From Nitrospira japonica (GTDB lineage: Bacteria > Nitrospirota > Thermodesulfovibrionia > Thermodesulfovibrionales > SM23-35): a stretch of DNA of 28,116 bases. The DNA is taken from contig DYFC01000028.1 in NCBI GenBank assembly GCA_020725385.1, positions 1 to 28,116 of the forward strand. The letters run 5' to 3'. The notes under the pieces are model-generated. The model was not told the origin of the DNA. It worked only from the letters and a program-made list of their open reading frames with translations, and searched no databases. Shown here in pieces: positions 1 to 8,511 of this stretch (its first letter is position 1; each line of letters starts with the position of its first letter). The translations under genes and the position numbers were made by a program.

Positions 1-806
1 CCAACTCCCATAATTGCTGCAAGCATTCCAACAATAACACCGCCTATTGCTACAAACAGCCATGATATTCTTCTTCCGCCAAAGTCTTCATCAAAAGTTA
101 TCATAGGCGGGATGTTTATTTTCTGAAGACTGATTGCAAGATTTGTCATGCCTGCTGGACCACCATGCGCATCATGGCCGTGTCCTCCTCCACCACCTGC
201 CGGTTTTCTTGTTGATTTGATAAAATCAGCAAGAGCATAAAAACCAAGAAAACCGAGTAAAACCGCATAAACCGTACTGATAAAAGCTTCGCTCAACAAA
301 GGATCCTTATTGTATAGGGTTTTATTAATCCAGCCCCCAATAAAAGTACCGCCTGCTGAACCAACCAAAAATGCTATAGCAAGTTTTACCGAAACATTTC
401 CGAGCTTTTTGTGGACAGTCGTTCCCATGATTGCTTTTGCAAATATATGGAAAACATCTGTTCCAACAGCAAGAATACCTTTGACACCAGCTGCCATTAA
501 AGCAGGTGTAATAATAAAACCGCCACCTGCACCGATACATCCTGTAATCAGACCTGCTGCAAGACCTACTGCAATCGAGACAGCAAAGATTAGGTTTGAA
601 TAATGGGCAGGCGCATATGCTGTCTTGCCACCAATAATATCAGCTGCATTAATCCATGAAACAGCAAGAATAGGCAGGAGAAGAATAAGTATAATTAACA
701 TCTTCTTCCTGTTTCTTATAATGTTCATGGATACTTCATAGTCCCATTTAGCATGCGCTACCGATGCCATCTTGAGAAACTCATAAATTCTTCTTGGGAA
801 ACTCAT
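1..806 (-). CDS. Sulfite exporter TauE/SafE family membrane protein (3' end runs off the window)
   Basis: Hand translation from ATG at 806 with an AAGGAGG SD upstream: MSFPRRIYEFLKMAS...GLAAGLITGCIGAGGGFIITPALM...AVGTD...GMLAAIMGVG. The repeated GxGGG helix motifs are typical of TauE. Missing from the ORF track because there is no stop inside the window. Confidence 0.9.
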   Translation of the reverse strand, partial: MSFPRRIYEFLKMASVAHAKWDYEVSMNIIRNRKKMLIILILLLPILAVSWINAADIIGGKTAYAPAHYSNLIFAVSIAVGLAAGLITGCIGAGGGFIITPALMAAGVKGILAVGTDVFHIFAKAIMGTTVHKKLGNVSVKLAIAFLVGSAGGTFIGGWINKTLYNKDPLLSEAFISTVYAVLLGFLGFYALADFIKSTRKPAGGGGGHGHDAHGGPAGMTNLAISLQKINIPPMITFDEDFGGRRISWLFVAIGGVIVGMLAAIMGV

Positions 807-829
807 AACAATCCCTCCTTTAATTTAGA

Positions 830-1567
830 TTATTTGATTCTTTCAAATTCCATTTGAATACTTGAAAATCCATCTGTCAAAATTGCCGAACTATAAGCAA
901 TTATTGATTCATCGGAACTAATAAGTTTTCTTCTAACTCTTAAAGCTGGAATTCCATTTTTTACATTTAATAGTTTTGATGTTTTGTCGTCAATAAAAGT
1001 TAAATCAATACTCTGTAGTATTTTGAATATTTTTTTTAAACCTTTTTCCTCGATAAGGTCATAAAAAGATATTGATTCAAGATTTACTGCCTCAATCACA
1101 GGCATTATGTAGTAAGGAATATAAATTTCTTCAATATAAGATTTTTCACCTGTTTTTTTCTTCGCAAGGAAATAATACAATGGCTCATCAGTCATAAATA
1201 TATTCCTTGTATCTTCATCAATGTTTCTTATTCCTTTCTCAAGAATTACCTTTTCGGTTCCCACCTCCTCTCTAAAAAAATCTTCTGATAATCTTGTCCT
1301 CATTACAATTCCGTATGGTTTCTCAGGAATTGTTACAAAGGTGCCTTTTCCCTGTACCCTTCTAAAATATCCCTCTCTTACAAGTTCCTGTATAGCTTCT
1401 CTTACAGTAATCTTACTAACATCGTATATCCTGCAAAGCTCATCTTCCGGAGGTATCTGTGAACCAGCAGGCCATTCCCCGGTAGCTATCTTTTCCAGAA
1501 AAATAGAATATATCTGGACATATAACTTTTCTTTGCTTCCTCTATCTACTGTTTTCTCAGTCTTCAT
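830..1567 (-). CDS. GntR family (HutC/UTRA-type) transcriptional regulator
   Basis: N-terminal wHTH (LYVQI...PPEDELCRIYDVSKITVREAIQELVREG...QGKGTFV) followed by a UTRA-like C-terminal domain. Confidence 0.93.
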   Translation of the reverse strand: MKTEKTVDRGSKEKLYVQIYSIFLEKIATGEWPAGSQIPPEDELCRIYDVSKITVREAIQELVREGYFRRVQGKGTFVTIPEKPYGIVMRTRLSEDFFREEVGTEKVILEKGIRNIDEDTRNIFMTDEPLYYFLAKKKTGEKSYIEEIYIPYYIMPVIEAVNLESISFYDLIEEKGLKKIFKILQSIDLTFIDDKTSKLLNVKNGIPALRVRRKLISSDESIIAYSSAILTDGFSSIQMEFERIK

Positions 1568-1607
1568 ATGCTTATTAATTCATGTCTTTATAATCAATCT
1601 TAATTAA

Positions 1608-1623
1608 AGCAATCGATGTGCCA
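1608..1623 (-). promoter_or_regulatory. Sigma-54 (RpoN) -24/-12 promoter for gntR-tauE
   Basis: Minus strand reads TGGCACATCGATTGCT, an exact GG-N10-GC match to TGGCAC-N5-TTGCW, 40 bp upstream of the gntR ATG. An IHF-like TAACTATTTGATA lies at about 1630-1642. Confidence 0.85.
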
Positions 1624-1674
1624 TTAATGTAACTATTTGATATTCATTGAAAATATTAATTGTTAATAGTATAA

Positions 1675-1693
1675 CTGAAACATATTGTTACAG
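1675..1693. promoter_or_regulatory. Candidate enhancer (UAS) dyad for a sigma-54 activator
   Basis: CTGAAACATATTGTTACAG is an imperfect palindrome about 50-70 bp upstream of the -24 box. Similar 17-mers occur at 2186-2202 and 2204-2220. Confidence 0.5.
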
Positions 1694-1841
1694 ATAGAGG
1701 TTTTTGCTTATTTTAAAGATGATTAACACAAAAAATGTATTTAAGATAATGCAGATATTGAAGAATCCATATTCCGTTATTCATAGCCTGTTATTCGTAT
1801 AAAAACGGACACGAGAGACAGAAACGATAACCGATTATACC

Positions 1842-2093
1842 GCCATCCCCGGACTTGTTGCCTGCGCCTCCCGTTTTGTGGCAGTCTCGGGGAATCATTA
1901 TTTAAATCTTCTGGATTCTCGGGTCAAGCCCGAGAATGACAACTAAATAAACGTCATTTCCCAACTCGATTGGGGAATCCGGTTTCAAGCCTTATCACTG
2001 GATACCCTCTGCTGACTCTTTAAAGTTTCAAGCTTGCCCTCTGACTTGCTTGTCCGCCATTTGTTTGGTGGAATCGAAGGGCCGGAGAATGAC
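1842..2093. repeat. Cluster of REP-like GTCATT...GAATC / GGATTC...GAATGAC palindromic repeats
   Basis: Clear units are TGGATTCTCGGG-TCAAG-CCCGAGAATGAC (1912-1940) and GTCATTTCCCAA-CTCGA-TTGGGGAATCC (1953-1980). Interrupted units lie at 1842-1896 and 1999-2093. The block is GC-rich relative to its flanks. Confidence 0.75.
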
Positions 2094-2210
2094 AATCTGA
2101 CAGTTTACAATTTACTTTTACGTTTTGCGATATTTGCAACAATGGTTGAATTATTAAGATAATTTTAGAAATTTTCGTTTAATTATGCTATATTTTGTTT
2201 CACTGCAATA

Positions 2211-3512
2211 TTATGTTTCAACTTTAAGGCTTTTTAATTTCCGTTGAAGGTGTTGCCTATGCACACCGAGATCTAAAGCAGCTTTTGAGATATTTCCTCC
2301 TGTTCTTTGGAGTGCAGCCCATATTAATTCCTTTTCAACACTCTTCAGAGCTTCCTTAAGTTTCGGTGAAGGATTAATTTTTTGTGAAGGAGTCTTAAGA
2401 AGGTTTGCCGGAAGATTTGCAGGTATAATGCTCGGCCCTCCAGCAAAAGATATTGCATGCTCTATAATATTTTCAAGTTCCCTGATATTTCCAGGGTAAT
2501 CATAACTCATTAGTATGCTCATAGCTTCATCGCTTATATCTTTAATAAGCATATCTTTTCTTTTAATAGAATGTTTTTCTATAAAATGCCGTACAAGTGC
2601 CGGTATATCTTCTTTCCTGTCTCTAAGAGGGGGTAAATGTATATGTATTACATTTAATCTATAAAAAAGATCTTCCCTAAATAACCCTCTTCTACGGGCT
2701 GTATCGAGATCTCTGTTTGTAGCAGATATTATTCTCAGGTCAACCTTAATATGTTTTGATCCCCCAATTCGCATTACTTCTCCTTCCTGTAATACCCTGA
2801 GAATCTTTACCTGAAACAATGGTGAGACATCACCTATTTCATCAAAGAAAACCGTGCCTCCGTCAGCAAATTCAAGAAGACCTTTTTTTGTATAATTCGC
2901 TCCTGTAAAAGCTCCCTTTTCAAACCCGAAAAGTTCTGATTCGAGAAGTGTATCTGGAATAGCCCCGCAATTTATTATTACAAAAGCTTTTTCTTTACGT
3001 GGACTCCACTTATGAATTGCACGTGCAACAAGCTCTTTTCCTGTACCACTTTCACCTGTAATCAAAACATTGCTTTCACTGACAGCAGCTTTTTTTATAA
3101 TTCCAAAAACTTCCTGCATCAAGTTGCTTGTTCCTATTGTTTCATCAAACCCGGATTCTGTATTAAGTATTTTTTTCTTGTATTTCTTTACAATTTCAGC
3201 TAATTGCGCGGTATTTAAAGGTTTTTCCAGATAATCGGAAGCTCCAAGTTTTACAGATTCAACAGCTTTTTTTATATCCGGTGTTGAAAAAGCAATTACA
3301 GGCATATAATTCCTTAATTCCGAAATTCTCTGTTGCCATTGGTCGGTATCAAGATCAAGGAGAGCTATATCATATTTGAGGGGGTTTATTAAATCGGTAC
3401 CAGTAGAAATTTCTTTTCTTCTAATATCCGGCTTGCCTTCGACAATCTTTAAGGATTTAAATAATGATGCGATTTCTTTTGCTTCATTCGATATAACTAA
3501 AACACTTCGCAT
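2211..3512 (-). CDS. Sigma-54-dependent Fis-family activator (NtrC-like: receiver, AAA+, HTH)
   Basis: Walker A GESGTGKE, GAFTGA loop, Walker B FFDEIG, FREDLFYRLNV, PGNIRELEN and a C-terminal Fis HTH. The N-terminus is a degenerate receiver domain. Confidence 0.95.
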   Translation of the reverse strand: MRSVLVISNEAKEIASLFKSLKIVEGKPDIRRKEISTGTDLINPLKYDIALLDLDTDQWQQRISELRNYMPVIAFSTPDIKKAVESVKLGASDYLEKPLNTAQLAEIVKKYKKKILNTESGFDETIGTSNLMQEVFGIIKKAAVSESNVLITGESGTGKELVARAIHKWSPRKEKAFVIINCGAIPDTLLESELFGFEKGAFTGANYTKKGLLEFADGGTVFFDEIGDVSPLFQVKILRVLQEGEVMRIGGSKHIKVDLRIISATNRDLDTARRRGLFREDLFYRLNVIHIHLPPLRDRKEDIPALVRHFIEKHSIKRKDMLIKDISDEAMSILMSYDYPGNIRELENIIEHAISFAGGPSIIPANLPANLLKTPSQKINPSPKLKEALKSVEKELIWAALQRTGGNISKAALDLGVHRQHLQRKLKSLKVET

Positions 3513-3577
3513 TGTATATTGTATAACAGCCTGTTAAATATTGAAAAGATGCCTTTAACCTGATTGAGGTTTTTTTC

Positions 3578-3606
3578 TTGACAAATAGTTCGTTATTTGT
3601 TAAAAA
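3578..3606 (+). promoter_or_regulatory. Sigma-70 promoter with overlapping dyad (candidate operator)
   Basis: TTGACA-17 bp-TAAAAA. TTGACAAATA-GTTCGT-TATTTGTTAA is a 9/10 inverted repeat covering it. Confidence 0.5.
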
Positions 3607-3625
3607 AAGTTAAGGAGCGAGAAAA

Positions 3626-4093
3626 ATGAAAAGATTAAAAGGCATAATTATGTTATTGTTTTTATTTGTTTTTTGTTGTACTTTATCTGCTTTTGCGGAT
3701 GATACGATGAAAACTAATGTACAAAAAAAATATAAAGAAACAAAAGATATTTGTAATACTGTAAAATCGTTGCTTTCCGAAGGAATGAATACCAAAGAGG
3801 TTACAAAAGCTTGCATAGAACTCGGTCACGACGCCTGTCTTGTTGTCAGATGTGCAATTGATGCAAACGGGACTTTAGAACAGATTATAACCGGTGCGCT
3901 TGAAGCGGGAGTTACATCGGATGTTTGTTCAAGATGTGCTATTGAGGCAGGAGTTGACCCCGAAGTTCTTGCAAAAGCATTTGAAACAGGACTTGGTTAT
4001 ACTCCACCACTGGGAGCCGGCCTCACACCTATAGAAATAGGTATCCCTGGCAGTACACCAGGAGGTGGATACATAAGCTCATCAGGTTTTTAA
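3626..4093 (+). CDS. Hypothetical secreted protein with 14-aa Cys-containing helical repeats and a Gly/Pro-rich tail
   Basis: AAGGAG SD, signal peptide ending AFA, about five 14-residue repeats, C-terminus GGGYISSSGF. Confidence 0.75.
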   Translation: MKRLKGIIMLLFLFVFCCTLSAFADDTMKTNVQKKYKETKDICNTVKSLLSEGMNTKEVTKACIELGHDACLVVRCAIDANGTLEQIITGALEAGVTSDVCSRCAIEAGVDPEVLAKAFETGLGYTPPLGAGLTPIEIGIPGSTPGGGYISSSGF

Positions 4094-4122
4094 TTTAACA
4101 GCATAGCTTACCTTATCTAACA

Positions 4123-4656
4123 TCAATCAAATAAATGAGTCTCGACGTATTGCGCGAGAACTTCGTGTATTTTTGCTGGTGTCATAATTCCATAATAATG
4201 GTCAATCACAGCATGTGCTAATTCGTGCGCGAGAACAGCAAGCTCCACATCATTGATTGAGAGATATATAGTTTTGTCTTTCGGAGAATAAAATGCGATA
4301 AAGTCAACATTTCTTCCATACTTTTTATAATATACACCCTGAACTTCTTTTTCAGAGTCTAAAAGGACAATGCTGATTTTAATCTGACGCGGATACATTT
4401 CAAGAATGGATTCTACTTTTTCTATTAAAACGTCCATTTTATTTTTTATCTCATCCTCAAAACTAATTGAAGTCCTGTCCTTCATTAAATAAGAAAGACT
4501 CCCTAATTTAATTTCTTTATTAAACTTACGCAACTGTGTTTCATTTGAATAAACTATAGCAGTGTATCTTGAATTAATTTCACCAGCATATACAGATGTG
4601 AAAAATAGAAGGAGGGTGAGGACAAAAAATAAAATTATGCAAATTGTTTTATGCAT
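4123..4656 (-). CDS. Exported HExxH protein, putative zinc metallopeptidase-like
   Basis: Signal peptide (VYA), VLAHELAHAV motif and downstream HEVLA Glu, a gluzincin-like arrangement. Confidence 0.65.
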   Translation of the reverse strand: MHKTICIILFFVLTLLLFFTSVYAGEINSRYTAIVYSNETQLRKFNKEIKLGSLSYLMKDRTSISFEDEIKNKMDVLIEKVESILEMYPRQIKISIVLLDSEKEVQGVYYKKYGRNVDFIAFYSPKDKTIYLSINDVELAVLAHELAHAVIDHYYGIMTPAKIHEVLAQYVETHLFD

Positions 4657-4683
4657 GGAATATTATTGTTGTAAAATATACGA

Positions 4684-5289
4684 TTATCTATCTTCTTTAA
4701 GAGAAAATTTCTGCAGAAGATCATAAAGTTTACGGTTTAAATTGATTGCAGAATCTATTTTATTTAAAGTATTTTCACTCTGGCTACGGGTCTTCAAATC
4801 TTCCTGTATAGAATCCAATTCATTCCTTATTTCTTCGGATATTTTCTTTATTTCCTTAAGATTATCAGAAAACGTTAGAATCATTTGATTGATTTTATTG
4901 GCAAGCTCTTTCCCCTCATCTTTTTCCCGCAATTTAATCTGAAAATTCAAATTGCCATTTGTAATTTCCTCTATTGAGCGCTCAAATCTGAAAATAGGAC
5001 CTGCAAATCTGTGGGTTAAAAACATAGAAAGTATCAAAACCGCAAGACCACCGACTACGATGAAGATCCAGTGTGCGCTAAGTATTTCTTTTAAAAGCAT
5101 AAGAGGTGTTTTGCCTATTTTAAGGTTATAATTTTCATATACAATTGTAAGAGTATCGGATGAAAGAAGACTGAAGATAAGTGTGAAAATAATACTACCT
5201 GCTATAACAAATACAAAAAAACTAAACATATATTTGCCTTGTAAGTCCTTCTTTACGAAATAATTTCTTCTCCTCCAGGTTCTTTTCAT
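4684..5289 (-). CDS. Two-TM HAMP-domain membrane protein with C-terminal coiled coil
   Basis: Basic N-terminus RRRNYF, two hydrophobic helices, HAMP motif THRFAGPIFRF...GNL...LREKDE..ELA..IN.M. No kinase or MCP signalling domain. Confidence 0.8.
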   Translation of the reverse strand: MKRTWRRRNYFVKKDLQGKYMFSFFVFVIAGSIIFTLIFSLLSSDTLTIVYENYNLKIGKTPLMLLKEILSAHWIFIVVGGLAVLILSMFLTHRFAGPIFRFERSIEEITNGNLNFQIKLREKDEGKELANKINQMILTFSDNLKEIKKISEEIRNELDSIQEDLKTRSQSENTLNKIDSAINLNRKLYDLLQKFSLKEDR

Positions 5290-5291
5290 GT

Positions 5292-6050
5292 CTATCTCCC
5301 TATTTTATCTACCGGATTGACATTTTTTATCTCTATTTTTGCTTTTGCCCTCATAGAAGATATCCAGTCATTTATCAGATTCTTTTTCTTCTCATCAATA
5401 AGCATATTTTTTATATTCTCCCTTTCTTTTTCATCTAAAGTGATACCTTTTAATTCTTCAATCTTATCAATCCGTATGACAATATACTTATCCCCGGATC
5501 TTATCGGTAATGTGTTTTCACCGGGGTTAAGATTCATAATTTTTTCTTTAATTTCCTCTGACATGTCATCAAATAATAAAACTCTTTTTTCGCCGTGTAG
5601 AAAAGAGATTTTTTCTGCTTCTTCAGGACTATTGAAAGTAAAAATGCTCACATGATACTTTTTATTCATTAACTTAACGTAATTATTCACTTCTTCTTCA
5701 CTTATAGTTACTGAGGTCGAAGAGATTTTTCTGTCAATAAGTTGTTTAATTAGAGACTGTTCGTAGAAATTTTGAATAGAACTTCTGAATGATTCCTCCT
5801 TATCAATTCCTAATTTTTTAGATTCTTGTATAAGAAGTTCTTTTGTTATAAGAGAATTTATAAATTCTTCTTTAGATTGTTTGCAAGGTTGCTGATTTTC
5901 ATATAAACTTTTTAATTCATCAGATGTAATTATTCTATCATTAATAATAATTGCAACATCTTTGTTTATAATTTTTTTGCTTTTTAATTCAATGCCCATA
6001 AGAACAGAAACAATAAGCAGAAAACCTAATATATAGTAAATATATTTCAT
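5292..6050 (-). CDS. SurA/PrsA-like periplasmic chaperone (SurA N-terminal domain, degenerate parvulin)
   Basis: N-terminal anchor, VAIIINDRIITSDEL, LITKELLIQES, and C-terminus WISSMRAKAKIEI. Confidence 0.75.
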   Translation of the reverse strand: MKYIYYILGFLLIVSVLMGIELKSKKIINKDVAIIINDRIITSDELKSLYENQQPCKQSKEEFINSLITKELLIQESKKLGIDKEESFRSSIQNFYEQSLIKQLIDRKISSTSVTISEEEVNNYVKLMNKKYHVSIFTFNSPEEAEKISFLHGEKRVLLFDDMSEEIKEKIMNLNPGENTLPIRSGDKYIVIRIDKIEELKGITLDEKERENIKNMLIDEKKKNLINDWISSMRAKAKIEIKNVNPVDKIGR

Positions 6051-6101
6051 TGACCGAATACCTCCAATTTTGTACTATTAAAACTAAGTATATCAAGGCA
6101 G

Positions 6102-7583
6102 CTAAACTAATTCCAGAGTTTTAATTAGAGCTTCAGCTTTCTTAAGAGTTTCAAAATACTCTCTTTCAGGGTCAGAATCTGCTACTATACCTGCACCTGC
6201 CTGAACATAAGCTGTGTGATCTCTGATAACAAATGTTCTTATGATAATATTTAAATCCATATTTCCAGAAAATCCCATATATCCCAGAGAGCCTGTATAA
6301 GGTCCTCTCCTTACAGGTTCGAGTTCATCAATAATTTCCATGCATCGAACTTTTGGTACACCGGTAATTGTTCCTCCTGGAAATGTTGCCCGCACAACAT
6401 CAAAACAATCTTTTGTTCTCACTAACTTACCTTTTATGTTAGATACAATATGTATGACGTGAGAATAATCTTCTGTTATCATCATTTCATCGACTTTAAC
6501 AGTACCATATTCGGATACCTTGCCAAGATCATTTCTTTCAAGGTCTATAAGCATTATATGTTCAGCCCGTTCTTTTTCATTCAATAAAAGATCTGCCCTC
6601 ATTTCTTCATCCTCATTCAGAGTTTTACCCCTTGGTCTGGTACCTGCAATAGGTCTTGTTTCTATAACATGATTTCTCACTCTTACGAGTCTCTCCGGTG
6701 ATGAGCTAATTATTCTATAACTTCCAAAATCTACATAAGCTGCAAAAGGCGAAGGATTTATACTGCGAAGTATTTTATAAATCCGGAACGCATTCTCATT
6801 TTCAATATATGCCGATACCCTTTGTGAAAGATTGGCCTGAAATATATCCCCTGCTGCAATATAATCTTTCGCTCTTTTAACAATATCCATATACTCTTTC
6901 TTTGACATCTCATAGACAATGTCTATCTTTTTACCTCGCTTTTCTGGATCAACAAACAATCTGCCCTCATTATTCAAAATCTTTTTTTCAATTTCCAGAA
7001 TTCGAAATTCCGAAATATCATATTCTTCCGACCAATCTATTTTACTGTTTGAGTTTTTATTCAAAAGAAACTTATGGACACCCGGAGACACTATAATCCA
7101 GCATTTTCTCAACTTATGGTCAAACGCAATTACTTTATCAAAAAGCATAAAATGTGCGTCAGGAATATAAAGGTCATCAAAAGCATTTTGAGGAAGTTTT
7201 TCAAAATATTGAACAAAATCATAACCAAACATTCCAGCAAAACCACCCTGAAACGGAGGCAGTTTATCATTAAATTTTTGAGGATATTTGAATAATAAAT
7301 CTTTGAGAATCTGGAGGGGCTTTTGATTACATTTTTCAATTTTTGTGTTAGTTGTTATTTCAGTCAAGAAATTCTTTGTTTTTAAAATAATTAAAGGGTC
7401 GAATCCTATGAATGAATATCTGGCTATACATTCGGTACCCTTTATGCTTTCAAATAATATACTATTAGGACTTAAAAAATGCTCATATATATAATATGGC
7501 AAAGAATAAGTTATTTCTTTATAAATAACAGGTATTCCGGTATTATCTATAACTTCTAAAAAACTTTTTTTATCAGGAAACAT
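6102..7583 (-). CDS. Chorismate-utilising MST enzyme: aminodeoxychorismate synthase component I (PabB-like) or anthranilate synthase component I
   Basis: FES, RYSFIG, NPSPF, SSPERL, PIAGTRPRG, KERAEHIMLIDLERND, FPGGTITGVPK, QAGAGIVADS. Start probably 7583 (MFPDK); the ORF track uses 7607. Confidence 0.9.
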   Translation of the reverse strand: MFPDKKSFLEVIDNTGIPVIYKEITYSLPYYIYEHFLSPNSILFESIKGTECIARYSFIGFDPLIILKTKNFLTEITTNTKIEKCNQKPLQILKDLLFKYPQKFNDKLPPFQGGFAGMFGYDFVQYFEKLPQNAFDDLYIPDAHFMLFDKVIAFDHKLRKCWIIVSPGVHKFLLNKNSNSKIDWSEEYDISEFRILEIEKKILNNEGRLFVDPEKRGKKIDIVYEMSKKEYMDIVKRAKDYIAAGDIFQANLSQRVSAYIENENAFRIYKILRSINPSPFAAYVDFGSYRIISSSPERLVRVRNHVIETRPIAGTRPRGKTLNEDEEMRADLLLNEKERAEHIMLIDLERNDLGKVSEYGTVKVDEMMITEDYSHVIHIVSNIKGKLVRTKDCFDVVRATFPGGTITGVPKVRCMEIIDELEPVRRGPYTGSLGYMGFSGNMDLNIIIRTFVIRDHTAYVQAGAGIVADSDPEREYFETLKKAEALIKTLELV

Positions 7584-8119
7584 AATTGATTTTCTAACAT
7601 AGCACATCGTATGGAGTAAATAGCAAATATAAATAAACTCGGTGATGCATTAAAAAGCCAACAAGGCATCAAGTTTAAAATTAAAAATCTAATAACAGAC
7701 AAACACTCATACCACTCTTGATAGAGGGTGAAATAATTAGTTAGATAAATTTTTAAGTAATGTCTGTATTATCCTTGCTAAATAGAATCCTTTTTTCATT
7801 CTACATCTAAAATTATAACTAATGCTTTAATATTCAAGAGTAATTTCAAATAATAAATTTTATTGTAGTAATATTACTACAAGCTAATTTTATCAATTAT
7901 TACAATTATATTATATATTTGTACGATAGTATTTTTTTCTAAAGTTTGCTATCTTAATTTTAAGCATATGATAATTATAAGAAAATATATACGGCGTGGA
8001 AAATTTATTTTTCTATAACCTATCTGACCTAAATAAACAGTTATGCCGAAAAGCTGTTTGAATAGTTTGGATGATGAAATAAATCCAGCATATATATGTA
8101 AACAAGGAGGAACCTTAAA

Positions 8120-8503
8120 ATGATTAGGCTTGACTGCCCTTCATGCAAAAAAGATTCATATAGTGCTGCAGTTGAACCGTTCAGACCATGTCCTTATTGT
8201 GGAGAAGTTTATAGTGGAAAATACGGGCTTGAGAAAAGAAATAAAAAGCGGAATAAGAAAGCATTTCCTTTTACTTTTAAACATAATGGATATTTATGTG
8301 ATGCAAGCATTATTGACTTTTCAAGGGATGGGGTAGGCATAAAAATTTTCGATAATATTTCAATATCAAGGGGTGAGGTAATAGATTTAAATGTTAATCA
8401 CTTATTTGCAAAAGCCCAGATCAGATGGACATACAATAATCCTGAGTTAAATATTACTCTTGCAGGTTGTAAGATACTTAATGGCAATTTGAATTTAAAA
8501 TAA
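8120..8503 (+). CDS. Zn-ribbon plus PilZ domain protein (c-di-GMP receptor candidate)
   Basis: CPSC...CPYC, then RNKKR (RxxxR) and DFSRDG (DxSxxG). Strong AGGAGG SD. Confidence 0.8.
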   Translation: MIRLDCPSCKKDSYSAAVEPFRPCPYCGEVYSGKYGLEKRNKKRNKKAFPFTFKHNGYLCDASIIDFSRDGVGIKIFDNISISRGEVIDLNVNHLFAKAQIRWTYNNPELNITLAGCKILNGNLNLK

Positions 8504-8511
8504 TTTTCAAA

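Noticed and set aside
310-603. ORF-track ORFs 310-603 (+) and 325-540 (-)
   Set aside because: They are antisense or off-frame shadows of the TauE gene. The same applies to the short ORFs inside gntR, the sigma-54 activator, pabB, pyrF, dcd, mutS, mtgA and ihfA.
7737-7799. 20-codon ORF MKKGFYLARIIQTLLKNLSN upstream of the pabB/trpE gene as a trp attenuator leader
   Set aside because: It has no Trp codons, and I see no terminator/antiterminator pair.
7990-8060. Possible riboswitch upstream of the PilZ gene (CGGCGT/ATGCCG pairing, AAACAG/CTGTTT hairpin)
   Set aside because: It lacks the conserved motifs of c-di-GMP-I/II or fluoride riboswitches, and the stems are short. An Rfam/Infernal scan would settle it.
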